Shown: positions 1 to 7,500, counted from the stretch's first letter. The stretch is DNA of 24,415 nt from a virus (IMGVR_UViG_3300011338_000116:1-24415); one strand, 5' to 3'. The notes: a model not told the origin generated them from the letters alone. Program-made: numbers and translations.

Positions 1-242
1 TTCTTCTCCTTCAAAGCCCGTTCCACAGCTTCCATAAACACCAGCCAGTCAGCAGACATGGCCCCACACTCAAGCGCAATAGCCTCGCGCTCCCACTCGG
101 TCAGCCCCACCCATTGCCGGTTTGAGGAATGCTCTTGAGGAATCTGAGGAATGCCTTGAGTAATGGGCTGTATCTGGTCAAACATCTCTTTGCCCCTGCT
201 GTAGAAGTCGTGGTTTTTCCCTGTGATGTAGCTTTTTTTCAT
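1..242 (-). CDS. Hypothetical phage protein of the 'WVGLT...LKEKN' family (3' end truncated by window edge; absent from ORF track)
   Basis: Manual translation from ATG 242: MKKSYITGKNHDFYSRGKEMFDQIQPITQGIPQIPQEHSSNRQWVGLTEWEREAIALECGAMSADWLVFMEAVERALKEK...; starts 1 nt after the stop of the upstream ORF. The motif is recalled from small freshwater-phage proteins. Confidence 0.75.
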   Translation of the reverse strand, partial: MKKSYITGKNHDFYSRGKEMFDQIQPITQGIPQIPQEHSSNRQWVGLTEWEREAIALECGAMSADWLVFMEAVERALKEK

Positions 243-243
243 A

Positions 244-381
244 TCAATACCCCCATCGAATGCGAAAACACACAAGGTACAGGTGCAGCACGAACTCGTC
301 ACCACTGCTAAAAAACCCAATGGCAAAGCAGGGCCACTTGCGCGGCAAAAACTCAGTCTTCAGGTGTAGGCTCTTTTTCAT
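244..381 (-). CDS. Small hypothetical protein (45 aa, MKKSLHLK...RWGY)
   Basis: ATG 381 overlaps the TGA of ORF 378..635 (ATGA coupling), so it is preferred over the track start at 486. Confidence 0.6.
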   Translation of the reverse strand: MKKSLHLKTEFLPRKWPCFAIGFFSSGDEFVLHLYLVCFRIRWGY

Positions 382-635
382 ATGAGTAAGCTCCAAACCC
401 AAAGCCCCGTAAAGAACAATCCCAAGCAGATCACTGCCAGCACCACCAGCACAGCGCCCACCATCACGCTGCCGATCACCTGCCATGTTTCCGGCACTGG
501 CTCGATGTCATCAGGTACTGCCGGATACGGCTTGACCTTGCGGGTTTCCAACTCTGCCGTGGTGAAGTGGCAGTCCATGCCGCAAGTCGGCTGGCGTGGG
601 CATTCCCGATAACCCGTGTCGCACATCCTGATCAT
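378..635 (-). CDS. Hypothetical membrane protein with Cys-rich N-terminus and C-terminal transmembrane segment
   Basis: ATGA overlaps on both sides; four Cys in the first 22 aa; long hydrophobic C-terminus. Confidence 0.7.
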   Translation of the reverse strand: MIRMCDTGYRECPRQPTCGMDCHFTTAELETRKVKPYPAVPDDIEPVPETWQVIGSVMVGAVLVVLAVICLGLFFTGLWVWSLLI

Positions 636-862
636 GCTTGCCTCGCTTTCAGCATGGCATCTGCCAGTGCGTATGCTTGCGCGGCCACCTCATCCGTTGT
701 GCTGCCTGAAGACAGATTTTTAAACACAACACCAGAGGCAATAAAAGATGCCGCAAAGTAGTCGCGCAGGCTCATGCCGCCCACCGCCATCATTTGCCCG
801 TAGCCTGCATGGTGTTCAAAGGCCGGAAACGCTGGCTCATCTTTAATTTTTCCTATGATCAT
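632..862 (-). CDS. Conserved small phage protein ('PAFP...GMSLRDYFAA...AYxxADAMLKAR' family)
   Basis: All three family motifs are present; translationally coupled to its neighbours. Confidence 0.85.
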   Translation of the reverse strand: MIIGKIKDEPAFPAFEHHAGYGQMMAVGGMSLRDYFAASFIASGVVFKNLSSGSTTDEVAAQAYALADAMLKARQA

Positions 863-1068
863 GTTGCCGCCTCCTCAGTCTTGCCAAGATACGCCTTCAA
901 GCGCTTGACCCTGTTCTTGTTGTAGGTCACCAGTGCTGTCGCGTACTCAACACCACTCTCAGCTTGTAGCAATTCATGCTCCGCATGCAGCAATTCATGC
1001 GCCACGGCCTGCGCCGGCGTCACAGTTTTCAGCATCAATCTCAACTCAGTCCATAAATATCTAATCAT
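859..1068 (-). CDS. Hypothetical coiled-coil phage protein
   Basis: SD GGGAG upstream; ATGA overlaps at both ends. Confidence 0.7.
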   Translation of the reverse strand: MIRYLWTELRLMLKTVTPAQAVAHELLHAEHELLQAESGVEYATALVTYNKNRVKRLKAYLGKTEEAAT

Positions 1069-1232
1069 TGTTTCTCCCTTTTAATAATTCGACCAATTGT
1101 CATATCACTAACTTCAAATCTCTTGGCTATCTCTTTTTTAGTTATTCCTTGGCTGAATAACTTTAATACTCTGCTAATAGATATATTAATTCTCGGTCTT
1201 CCAGCGTTCTTTCTTTTGCCGCCATGCGTCAT
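1065..1232 (-). CDS. 55-aa stand-alone helix-turn-helix protein resembling the Hin/resolvase DNA-binding domain (absent from ORF track)
   Basis: Manual translation MTHGGKRKNAGRPRINISISRVLKLFSQGITKKEIAKRFEVSDMTIGRIIKREKQ; GRPR arm plus HTH pattern; ATGA coupling at both ends. Confidence 0.8.
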   Translation of the reverse strand: MTHGGKRKNAGRPRINISISRVLKLFSQGITKKEIAKRFEVSDMTIGRIIKREKQ

Positions 1233-1465
1233 TTATATCTATCCTCTTTAATCGCAATCTCAATTACTTCCTTCATATCATCGCTGATTAATTCGAATAT
1301 ATCCGCGCCATTTACCCAGACCTCAACCAAAATAACCTGTTCAGGGATAGCCGGCTCAATAACTATGCCGGCCTCTTTAACTTCAGGCTCTGCCGGCTCC
1401 CACTCGTACCAGCACTCCAGTGGCTGGCGGCACAACCCTGTCACATGTTCATGCATCAACTTCAT
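1229..1465 (-). CDS. Acidic hypothetical phage protein
   Basis: ATGA overlap with the recombinase stop; SD AAGGAG upstream. Confidence 0.7.
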   Translation of the reverse strand: MKLMHEHVTGLCRQPLECWYEWEPAEPEVKEAGIVIEPAIPEQVILVEVWVNGADIFELISDDMKEVIEIAIKEDRYK

Positions 1466-2130
1466 GCTGTCTCTCCTTGTAATGCCCTGCGGATTGCTTC
1501 GTGAGAAACAATGACCCCATGGCTGGTTTTTAAGATATTTGATATTGCCCTAAACGAAATCCCTGTCGCCCTCATCTCCTTGGCGTACTTCAGCGCTGCC
1601 TGCTCCTCTGGCTTGGCCACCAGCGTGGCAGCTTGACCAGTGCCTTGGATGGCATACCCGAACTTAGCCGACCCACCTAGATGGCCACCCGCCTTGCGCT
1701 TGGCGGCTTGGCCCTGCTTCTGGCGCTCCTTGAGCACCCTGCGCTCATGGCCGGCAAAGCTGCAAAGGATCTCCAGCATCAACTGGGCGTAGATGTTGCT
1801 GGAGTCAGTCACATCGCCGTGCCCGGTGATGATGAGCTTTATTTTTAACTCCTTGCATTTTTTTATAGACTGCAAGGCATCCAGCAGATCGCGGCTGAAC
1901 CGATCCAGCTTGGCCACAATCACAGTCTCGCCTTCTGCCAGGGTGACTCCGTTGGCCTCGAGCCTTGCAAAGAAGGGGTCAGCGCCACTCACGCCGCCAT
2001 CCTCAATGAACTGGTCGATGACTAAGTTGTGCGTTAGGGCATTGCCCTCGATCTGCCTCTTCTGCTCCTGCATAGAGGTGTTGTCCACCTGCTCCGTAGT
2101 GCTCACCCTCACATATCCAAACACCGTCAT
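1462..2130 (-). CDS. Serine recombinase (resolvase/invertase family)
   Basis: Catalytic motifs GYVRVS, EDGGVSG and KLDRFSRD, helix E (FAGHERRVLKERQKQG), then GG..FGY and a short helical C-terminal domain; SD AAGGAG. Confidence 0.93.
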   Translation of the reverse strand: MTVFGYVRVSTTEQVDNTSMQEQKRQIEGNALTHNLVIDQFIEDGGVSGADPFFARLEANGVTLAEGETVIVAKLDRFSRDLLDALQSIKKCKELKIKLIITGHGDVTDSSNIYAQLMLEILCSFAGHERRVLKERQKQGQAAKRKAGGHLGGSAKFGYAIQGTGQAATLVAKPEEQAALKYAKEMRATGISFRAISNILKTSHGVIVSHEAIRRALQGETA

Positions 2131-2166
2131 AGTTGCGCTCCTTGTTAATTTTTAACTTGTAGCGCA

Positions 2167-2194
2167 ATTATGATAGGGGTTGGCAGGTTGTCAA
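2167..2194 (-). promoter_or_regulatory. Sigma70-type promoter for the recombinase/accessory operon
   Basis: Minus strand TTGACA (2194-2189), 16-nt spacer, CATAAT (2172-2167); A/T tract upstream (UP-element-like). Confidence 0.7.
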
Positions 2195-2335
2195 GGGGTT
2201 TTTAAAAAAAATTTTTTTAGGGATGCAGGGTGGTAGGTGTTGAGTGCCGCATCAGCCGCCCCCGCCAAGGCGCGGGACGGGGGGGGTCGGCGCGGCGGCG
2301 GCCAGCCGGCGGCCACCAGCCTCAGATTCCGAGGG

Positions 2336-2845
2336 TTAACCCTCGTCAATCGTGCCTTTGTCAACCCCGTTTACGGGCGTGACAGATCTGTGCCTCAGTG
2401 CGTCCAGCGCCATGCTGCCAAGGTCGATGTTCACCAGAGGCGCGGCTTTGTCAGAGTATTCGTCACTGAGCTTGCCAGCCAGCCAGCGCCTGGTGTCCAC
2501 CCTCAGCTTGGCCACCTGCGCCTCTTGCGGTGTCGCAGCGTCCGCAATGTCGAGGGTTTGCTCTGCTAAACTCTGCGCACCTCGCGTGCGTGCGCGTGCG
2601 TAGGCCGCGCTGCGCGTCTCGCCGCCTCTGTCAATCCATCTGTCGAATGTCGTAACCGCGACACCCAATACCTTGCACAGTGCGGAAGTCGTGCCGCCGT
2701 TTGCAATGTATTCGAGGACGGCATCCTCACCCCCGAACTTGTGAACGGCTTTGTTGGCTACGCTGAGTTCAGCCTTTTTGCTTTGTGCTGCCGCAATGTT
2801 GGCAGCGCTTTGGTCTGCAATCTCGGCCAATGTGTCACGACTCAT
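2336..2845 (-). CDS. terS: Terminase small subunit (Sf6-like)
   Basis: N-terminal HTH (VLEYIANG...TFDRW), YARAR, and LDIAD...KLRVDTRRWLAGKL..EY motifs. Start reassigned to ATG 2845, overlapping the end of the upstream gene. Confidence 0.85.
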   Translation of the reverse strand: MSRDTLAEIADQSAANIAAAQSKKAELSVANKAVHKFGGEDAVLEYIANGGTTSALCKVLGVAVTTFDRWIDRGGETRSAAYARARTRGAQSLAEQTLDIADAATPQEAQVAKLRVDTRRWLAGKLSDEYSDKAAPLVNIDLGSMALDALRHRSVTPVNGVDKGTIDEG

Positions 2846-3209
2846 CCAAGTACTCCTCGATAAATTTGAAACCCTCATCGGCTGATCTGGCGATAACGCA
2901 CAGGTAGCCTTCACTGTTCAATTGCTTTGCAATGCAACCCTGCTCCTTGCTGACAACCCCGACATTCGTCTTCATCTCCACAAACAACCCGCCAAAGCCC
3001 TTGGATCGCCGCAGGACGCAAAGATCCGGCATTCCAGCCAGTACCCCCTCACCATGCAGCCTAACGCGCTCTGACGCCGTTCTGTCGCCCCCATTCGGTA
3101 TTGCCGCAATCAGCACATCCGGATAAAACGCCCTGACCCGTTGCACCAGCCGCACCTGTTCTTTGTGCTCAATGCTTTTCCTCTTGCGCTTTATGTCAAT
3201 TCCCACCAT
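2835..3209 (-). CDS. VRR-NUC domain nuclease
   Basis: EHKEQ, IPNGG, GVLAGMPDL, FVEMK and SKEQ PD-(D/E)XK motifs. Confidence 0.9.
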   Translation of the reverse strand: MVGIDIKRKRKSIEHKEQVRLVQRVRAFYPDVLIAAIPNGGDRTASERVRLHGEGVLAGMPDLCVLRRSKGFGGLFVEMKTNVGVVSKEQGCIAKQLNSEGYLCVIARSADEGFKFIEEYLDES

Positions 3210-3526
3210 GCAGGTGATTCTACGGACTCGGCAGGCTTTGCGGCATCCTGATCAACAAACAGGTGGCAGCGGTGCGGCACATCCAGAATGCAGTGCAAAT
3301 CCGTTTTTGTACAAAAGTCCTGATTGAACAAAACCCTGACCCATCCGTTCTTGGCCTCAGCTTCGTGAAACATCCACTGCGCTGGCTTTTCGTTGAGCCT
3401 CCTGAACTTCTCAAAGTCCTCTGCCGTGAAGTTCCAGCGCTGTATCCTCGACTCCCGATTCGCGCACTTTTTGCACCAAACGCGGTCATCATCTGCCCAT
3501 CCATCTGCCTGTGGATAACTTTTCAC
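3191..3526 (-). CDS. Cys/His-rich hypothetical protein (possible zinc binding), 111 aa
   Basis: SD AAGGAG precedes GTG 3526; motifs DDDRVWCKKC...C...HC...HRCH. The longer track ORF merely runs through the repeat region. Confidence 0.65.
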   Translation of the reverse strand: MKSYPQADGWADDDRVWCKKCANRESRIQRWNFTAEDFEKFRRLNEKPAQWMFHEAEAKNGWVRVLFNQDFCTKTDLHCILDVPHRCHLFVDQDAAKPAESVESPAWWELT

Positions 3527-3738
3527 TGTCAAGCTCCTTAGTCGAGGATACCAAGTCGAAGATACCCCCCATGGGAAAAATCCTCGGTATCCTCGACTTG
3601 TCAAGCTCCTCAAAAATCGCTGATTAGGCTGTGGATAACCTGTGGATAACTCCACAGGGTTATCCAACAGCTCCATCTTTGTCGGGGTGACGGTATCTTC
3701 GAGGTATCTCCGAGGTATCCTCGACTCCTCGACTTGTC
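3510..3738. other. Putative replication origin: DnaA boxes plus iterons
   Basis: TGTGGATAA (reverse complement of TTATCCACA) at 3510-3518, 3630-3638 and 3641-3649; GGTATCYYCGA repeats at 3586, 3692, 3703 and 3714, with inverted copies at 3540-3552 and 3554-3566; lies directly downstream of the primase-helicase gene. Confidence 0.75.
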
Positions 3739-3752
3739 CAATGGCACTGATT

Positions 3753-5933
3753 TCACCCCTCATGGTGACCACCTTGGGACAAAATGTTCCACGAATTATT
3801 GATTGGATTTGGCGCAAATCTTCTGAAGATGGAGATCCCAATGGCCCGTTTTACATCGCCTTTTGATGAGCCTGGGACTGCCGCATAGATCTCTGCCCAA
3901 TCCAATTTGTAGGCGTTTGGGTAGTCTCGGCAGTCCTTCGGGGCGTTGGAGCCACGCCGGATAACCACCCCTTCGGGATGCTCATTGATGATGGACTGGA
4001 CGAAAGCTGCCGCCGTGTCGCACTTGTCCATGACGCGCAGTGACTTGTTGTCTTCGATCCTTTGTGCCGCCTCTTGCTTTCTGGAGGATTCGGATGTCGG
4101 ATATGGAATGACCGTGATGCACTGGACATCCTGCATGTTGCCGTGCCTTGTGATCACCACCTCATTGTGGATGTGGGTCTGAAAGCTGATCTCTCTGTGG
4201 ATCGGCTCGTATCGGGTCTTGATGAGCCGCATGAACCTGTTCTTTTCCTCGTCCATGAACAGGATGGCGGTCAGGGTGGCATCACCTGTGAAGGCACTGG
4301 CTCCACGGGCCAGAGCGCTGTCATCGTTGGTCTGTGCGGTCTTGGCGGTGTGGGTGATTATTTTTATTGGGGTGGAGAGTTGAGTGTAAATAGTCTGCTT
4401 GATGGCGGCCATGTAACTGCCGACCTCAGAGTTATCATTCTCATTATCTATCTCTAATGTGGCATTAGAAGTGTCAATAATTAAAAATGGCCTTTCAGTA
4501 GTTGTGTGGCGTATGACATTCTCTGCTAATAATAATATCTCCGGCACTTTAGATCGTTTTGATTCAATAACGATAAACCAATTGGCGACTTCAATTGGGT
4601 CGAGATTCCAATACTTAATGTAGGCATAAAGAGATTGCCGGACTTGATTGGCATCCTCGGTGACATAAAGAATCTTTCTACGGGATTCTGTTTTGAGTGG
4701 GGAGTCTGATAAGGTGAATCCAGCGGCAATCAGGCAGACGGAAATTATTGCTGTGGTCTTGCCCACACCAGGCTGGCCGGCTGTCACTGAGAAACTGTGG
4801 GCGAGAAAGCCATCGATTAAGTACTCGACAGGGTAGAGCTTCGTCAGGTCGAGGGTGAGTTCTTTCCAGTACGGGGCTGGCTGGTCTGTAGGCGGCTGGT
4901 CACTGGCGACTTGAGCCTGCTGAGCTTGGATGTAGGTGGAGAAATCCTCGACTGCCGACTTTCGCTCTTCGGCGCGGCTCGGCGCTGAGTACCCGCAAAG
5001 TTTTGCGTGGTGGAACAGCGTGCCGATGGATACGCCCTTGCCTTGGTGGAACGACTTCCAGTGCGTGTCGATGTCCTGCTCTGACTTGTACTTGCTGCCT
5101 TGGCTGCTCCAGTTGGCCCAGAGTTGATGGCCTTGAGCGCCAAAGGCCGTGTGCAGCGCTTGGCCAATCTCAATCCATGTCGTGTAATCAATGTCTGGGT
5201 TGATGTAAGTCAGCGCATCTGTGGCCTTGCTGTAGTCATCGGTGGAGCTTGACAGGGTTGGCTGCCAAACTGGCACATCCGGCTTTGGCCGTGGCACTTC
5301 AGCCGGCTGGTTGGAGTTGTCTTGCTCAATAACGCCCCACATCGTGAGCAGAGACAGCAGATTGTCATGGGTCTCGTTGGAGAGCTTGCCGTTGAGCTTC
5401 TGGCCGGACAAGAGCACTGACTTGCCTGGGCTTGTTGGCAGCCCGAACACCTCGATCTCTTGGCCGCCGCCGAGTTTGTACTTGGGCTTGATCTTGTCCA
5501 GATCCTCATCAGCCACGAACAGGAAGACATGCCGGCCCCTGCCGGAGACGCTTACCTCCGTGAGTTGATCCTGCTGCTTGACCCACTCGGCCATGCGCTT
5601 GATGGCGATATTGGTCGCACCTGTGGAGTGCTTCATGTCCACATCAAGGCAGACAAGGTACGCGCCACTGGACATGGACGGGGTCTGCATCACGATGCCC
5701 AGATAGTCGCCGGCTGGCGCGGCATCCATCGTGAGAACTTCGGATGCAGAGTAAAGCTGGTCGGGTGGAGTGTCACGCGCTACACCTTGGCCGGTCTTCT
5801 TGTAGGGGATCTTCTTGCCATCGGCTGTGGTGGCAAAGGTGCAGAACACTGCTGATGGATGCTGCTCAATCAGCTTGACAGCAATGGCCTGAGAGTTTGA
5901 AAACTCAGCGGCCATTTTGGGTAAAATACTCAT
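3753..5933 (-). CDS. Primase-helicase: Prim-Pol/AEP domain, PriCT-2 domain and AAA_25/RepA-like helicase
   Basis: CLDVD and EVSVSGRGRH (AEP motifs); DYTTWIEIGQALH...WS...KY...WKSF...GTLFH (PriCT-2); Walker A GQPGVGKT, Walker B LIIDT, and ARGASAF. Confidence 0.92.
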   Translation of the reverse strand: MSILPKMAAEFSNSQAIAVKLIEQHPSAVFCTFATTADGKKIPYKKTGQGVARDTPPDQLYSASEVLTMDAAPAGDYLGIVMQTPSMSSGAYLVCLDVDMKHSTGATNIAIKRMAEWVKQQDQLTEVSVSGRGRHVFLFVADEDLDKIKPKYKLGGGQEIEVFGLPTSPGKSVLLSGQKLNGKLSNETHDNLLSLLTMWGVIEQDNSNQPAEVPRPKPDVPVWQPTLSSSTDDYSKATDALTYINPDIDYTTWIEIGQALHTAFGAQGHQLWANWSSQGSKYKSEQDIDTHWKSFHQGKGVSIGTLFHHAKLCGYSAPSRAEERKSAVEDFSTYIQAQQAQVASDQPPTDQPAPYWKELTLDLTKLYPVEYLIDGFLAHSFSVTAGQPGVGKTTAIISVCLIAAGFTLSDSPLKTESRRKILYVTEDANQVRQSLYAYIKYWNLDPIEVANWFIVIESKRSKVPEILLLAENVIRHTTTERPFLIIDTSNATLEIDNENDNSEVGSYMAAIKQTIYTQLSTPIKIITHTAKTAQTNDDSALARGASAFTGDATLTAILFMDEEKNRFMRLIKTRYEPIHREISFQTHIHNEVVITRHGNMQDVQCITVIPYPTSESSRKQEAAQRIEDNKSLRVMDKCDTAAAFVQSIINEHPEGVVIRRGSNAPKDCRDYPNAYKLDWAEIYAAVPGSSKGDVKRAIGISIFRRFAPNPINNSWNILSQGGHHEG

Positions 5934-5959
5934 GTTGTTGATCTCGCGGTTGACGACAA
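5930..5959 (-). CDS. Putative 9-aa leader peptide (M)SSTARSTT translationally coupled to the primase
   Basis: SD AAGGAG (5971-5966), 6 nt, TTG 5959; its TGA (5932-5930) overlaps the primase ATG (5933-5931). The primase ATG has no good SD of its own. Confidence 0.55.
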   Translation of the reverse strand: MSSTARSTT

Positions 5960-6023
5960 GTTGTTCTCCTTCTAGCTGGAGCTAGTTACCCCTGATAGTT
6001 CACGCTGTCAGGGGTTTTTCTTT
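5934..6023 (+). ncRNA. Predicted antisense (countertranscript) RNA to the primase leader
   Basis: Plus-strand -10-like TAAAAT at 5922-5927 (TTGAAA at 5897-5902, suboptimal 19-nt spacing) and a plus-strand intrinsic terminator at 5988-6023, with no credible plus-strand gene nearby. Confidence 0.5.
5988..6023 (+). terminator. Intrinsic terminator, oriented antisense to the flanking genes
   Basis: ACCCCTGATAG-TTCACG-CTGTCAGGGGT forms an 11-bp stem (one G.U pair, valid only in the plus-strand RNA) followed by TTTTCTTT. Confidence 0.75.
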
Positions 6024-6037
6024 GCGGGACAGCAATT

Positions 6038-7090
6038 CTAGTCTTTGGACTTTTCTTTCACCAAACTGGCAGCAGCGTGCTTCTTGCCAATCAGGTCTTC
6101 GCTGATCTGGATGTCCAGCTTGGCAATGGCCGATGGCGACTTGAGATCGAATGCTTGCGGATAGGACTTCAAAGCCTCGTAGGCCAAGGCGTAAGACTTC
6201 CAGAACTTGGTCTTGCGACCTGGTCGCAGTGTCCAGCCTTGGATGGGTGATCCGCTGGTGATCTGACGGTTGGCTGACTCCAGCACCGCCTCCGACCACA
6301 TGGCTGCAAGCTGGGCCAATTCAATCTCCTCGCCAGTGACATGCGGCACTGCAATGGTGTCATCCTTATCGGCCTGCTTGACAAGGTCGGCAAACTCTTT
6401 GCGTGCGTTGTCCTGCACCTTCTGCCGCATGGACGGGCAGATGGGCTTGGCCTTGCAGTACTTGCAATTGCTGGTCGATGGGTTGGTTGGTGCGTCATCG
6501 GTCAGCGCGAGGTTGGCAGCGGCCAGTAGGTCGTGGCCGTGCGAGATCAGGTCAGTGCCTGAGACTGTCCACTGGCTGTGACCGGCGCGGGGCTGGAATA
6601 TGTGCATGGTGCATTGGATGGATGCAGGCGCATTCAACATGCGCATAGCTCCAAGAGCGTAGGTCAGCAATTGCTTGTTGTTTTCGGCATCGACTAAGAC
6701 CCTCCCAGTTTTTAAATCGCAAATATGTAAATGATCACCATCCACCAGTACGGCATCAGCCGTGCCGCCCAGAGCATGGTGCAGGGTCTTGAGGCCAGCG
6801 TCCACATTTACCTCGATCATGCGCTTGCGGGGATTGATGACAAGCGTGTTGATAAAGGTGGCGTATTCGTTAGCCATGTCCAGATGGTCATCAGGATAGT
6901 CTTTGGGATTGACTGCCTCGCCTCGTAGAATTTTTTCTGAGAGTTCATGGATCGCCGTGCCGATGGCAGCGGCCTCACCGGCTGGCTCATAGGGCATCTT
7001 CTCTTCCAGCCGGTATGAGCCTGGGCAACTCATCACCCTGTCCATGCGGGATGCTGAGAGTCGGGCGTGCTTGCGGTCAGTGTGCTGCAT
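6038..7090 (-). CDS. DUF2800-type PD-(D/E)XK (Cas4-like) exonuclease
   Basis: HARLSAS, CPGS, GTAIH, GTAD, DLKTG, QLLTYALGA and CKYCKAKPICP (1+3 Cys pattern). Confidence 0.9.
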   Translation of the reverse strand: MQHTDRKHARLSASRMDRVMSCPGSYRLEEKMPYEPAGEAAAIGTAIHELSEKILRGEAVNPKDYPDDHLDMANEYATFINTLVINPRKRMIEVNVDAGLKTLHHALGGTADAVLVDGDHLHICDLKTGRVLVDAENNKQLLTYALGAMRMLNAPASIQCTMHIFQPRAGHSQWTVSGTDLISHGHDLLAAANLALTDDAPTNPSTSNCKYCKAKPICPSMRQKVQDNARKEFADLVKQADKDDTIAVPHVTGEEIELAQLAAMWSEAVLESANRQITSGSPIQGWTLRPGRKTKFWKSYALAYEALKSYPQAFDLKSPSAIAKLDIQISEDLIGKKHAAASLVKEKSKD

Positions 7091-7232
7091 GTTGTTCCTT
7101 GGTTAGCTTGCTGATGAGTGCCTTGACCTTCTCGGCCTGCGGCTTGGTGAGGTAGTACTCGACTCGCACAAGGCCAGCATCCTTTCGGCGCTGGCGCAGT
7201 GCGGCCACTCGTTGTGTGGGGGTGAGGGTCAT
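7077..7232 (-). CDS. 51-aa basic, ribbon-helix-helix-like DNA-binding protein (absent from ORF track)
   Basis: Manual translation MTLTPTQRVAALRQRRKDAGLVRVEYYLTKPQAEKVKALISKLTKEQHAAH; ATGA coupling to the upstream ORF; basic helix, G, beta-strand, helix pattern. Confidence 0.7.
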   Translation of the reverse strand: MTLTPTQRVAALRQRRKDAGLVRVEYYLTKPQAEKVKALISKLTKEQHAAH

Positions 7233-7438
7233 GCGTAGGTGTCAATCTTCATGTTGGCGCGATCAATTGCATCCGTCCAATTGGGAATCCAGCGAAATGA
7301 ATAGGTTTCGACTTCATGTGCTGATGGGCTGCTGTCGTAGCCACGGGCAAAGGTAAAACGCTTGCGCTGGTTGTCACGGGTAATCTTGACCCACTGACTA
7401 GCTCTGCGAATTGTTTTCTCTGTGTAGCGTGTTGTCAT
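7229..7438 (-). CDS. Hypothetical protein (69 aa)
   Basis: SD GGAG and its own promoter upstream; coupled to the next gene. Confidence 0.65.
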   Translation of the reverse strand: MTTRYTEKTIRRASQWVKITRDNQRKRFTFARGYDSSPSAHEVETYSFRWIPNWTDAIDRANMKIDTYA

Positions 7439-7469
7439 GTCGTTTGCTCCGTTGTGTTGTTGACAGCGC

Positions 7470-7500
7470 TATCTTAACACTGTTTCCGGTAACGCAACAA
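7470..7500 (-). promoter_or_regulatory. Extended -10 promoter with an embedded operator-like palindrome
   Basis: Minus strand TTGTTG, 18 nt, TAAGAT preceded by TGT; near-palindrome GTTTCCGGTAAC at 7482-7493 lies in the spacer. Confidence 0.55.

Noticed and set aside
1462-2130. Recombinase as an IS607-type transposase
   Set aside because: No N-terminal HTH before the catalytic domain and no adjacent tnpB.
3540-3738. Repeats as a mini-CRISPR array
   Set aside because: Units are 11-13 bp, tandem or inverted, without regular spacers; they fit iterons better.
3527-3841. N-terminal extension of the 216-aa track ORF 3191..3841
   Set aside because: It runs through the DnaA-box/iteron region and overlaps the primase gene; a good SD precedes GTG 3526.
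6038-7090. Cas4-like nuclease as evidence of a CRISPR system
   Set aside because: No repeat-spacer array or other cas genes; this family is a normal part of the phage replication module.
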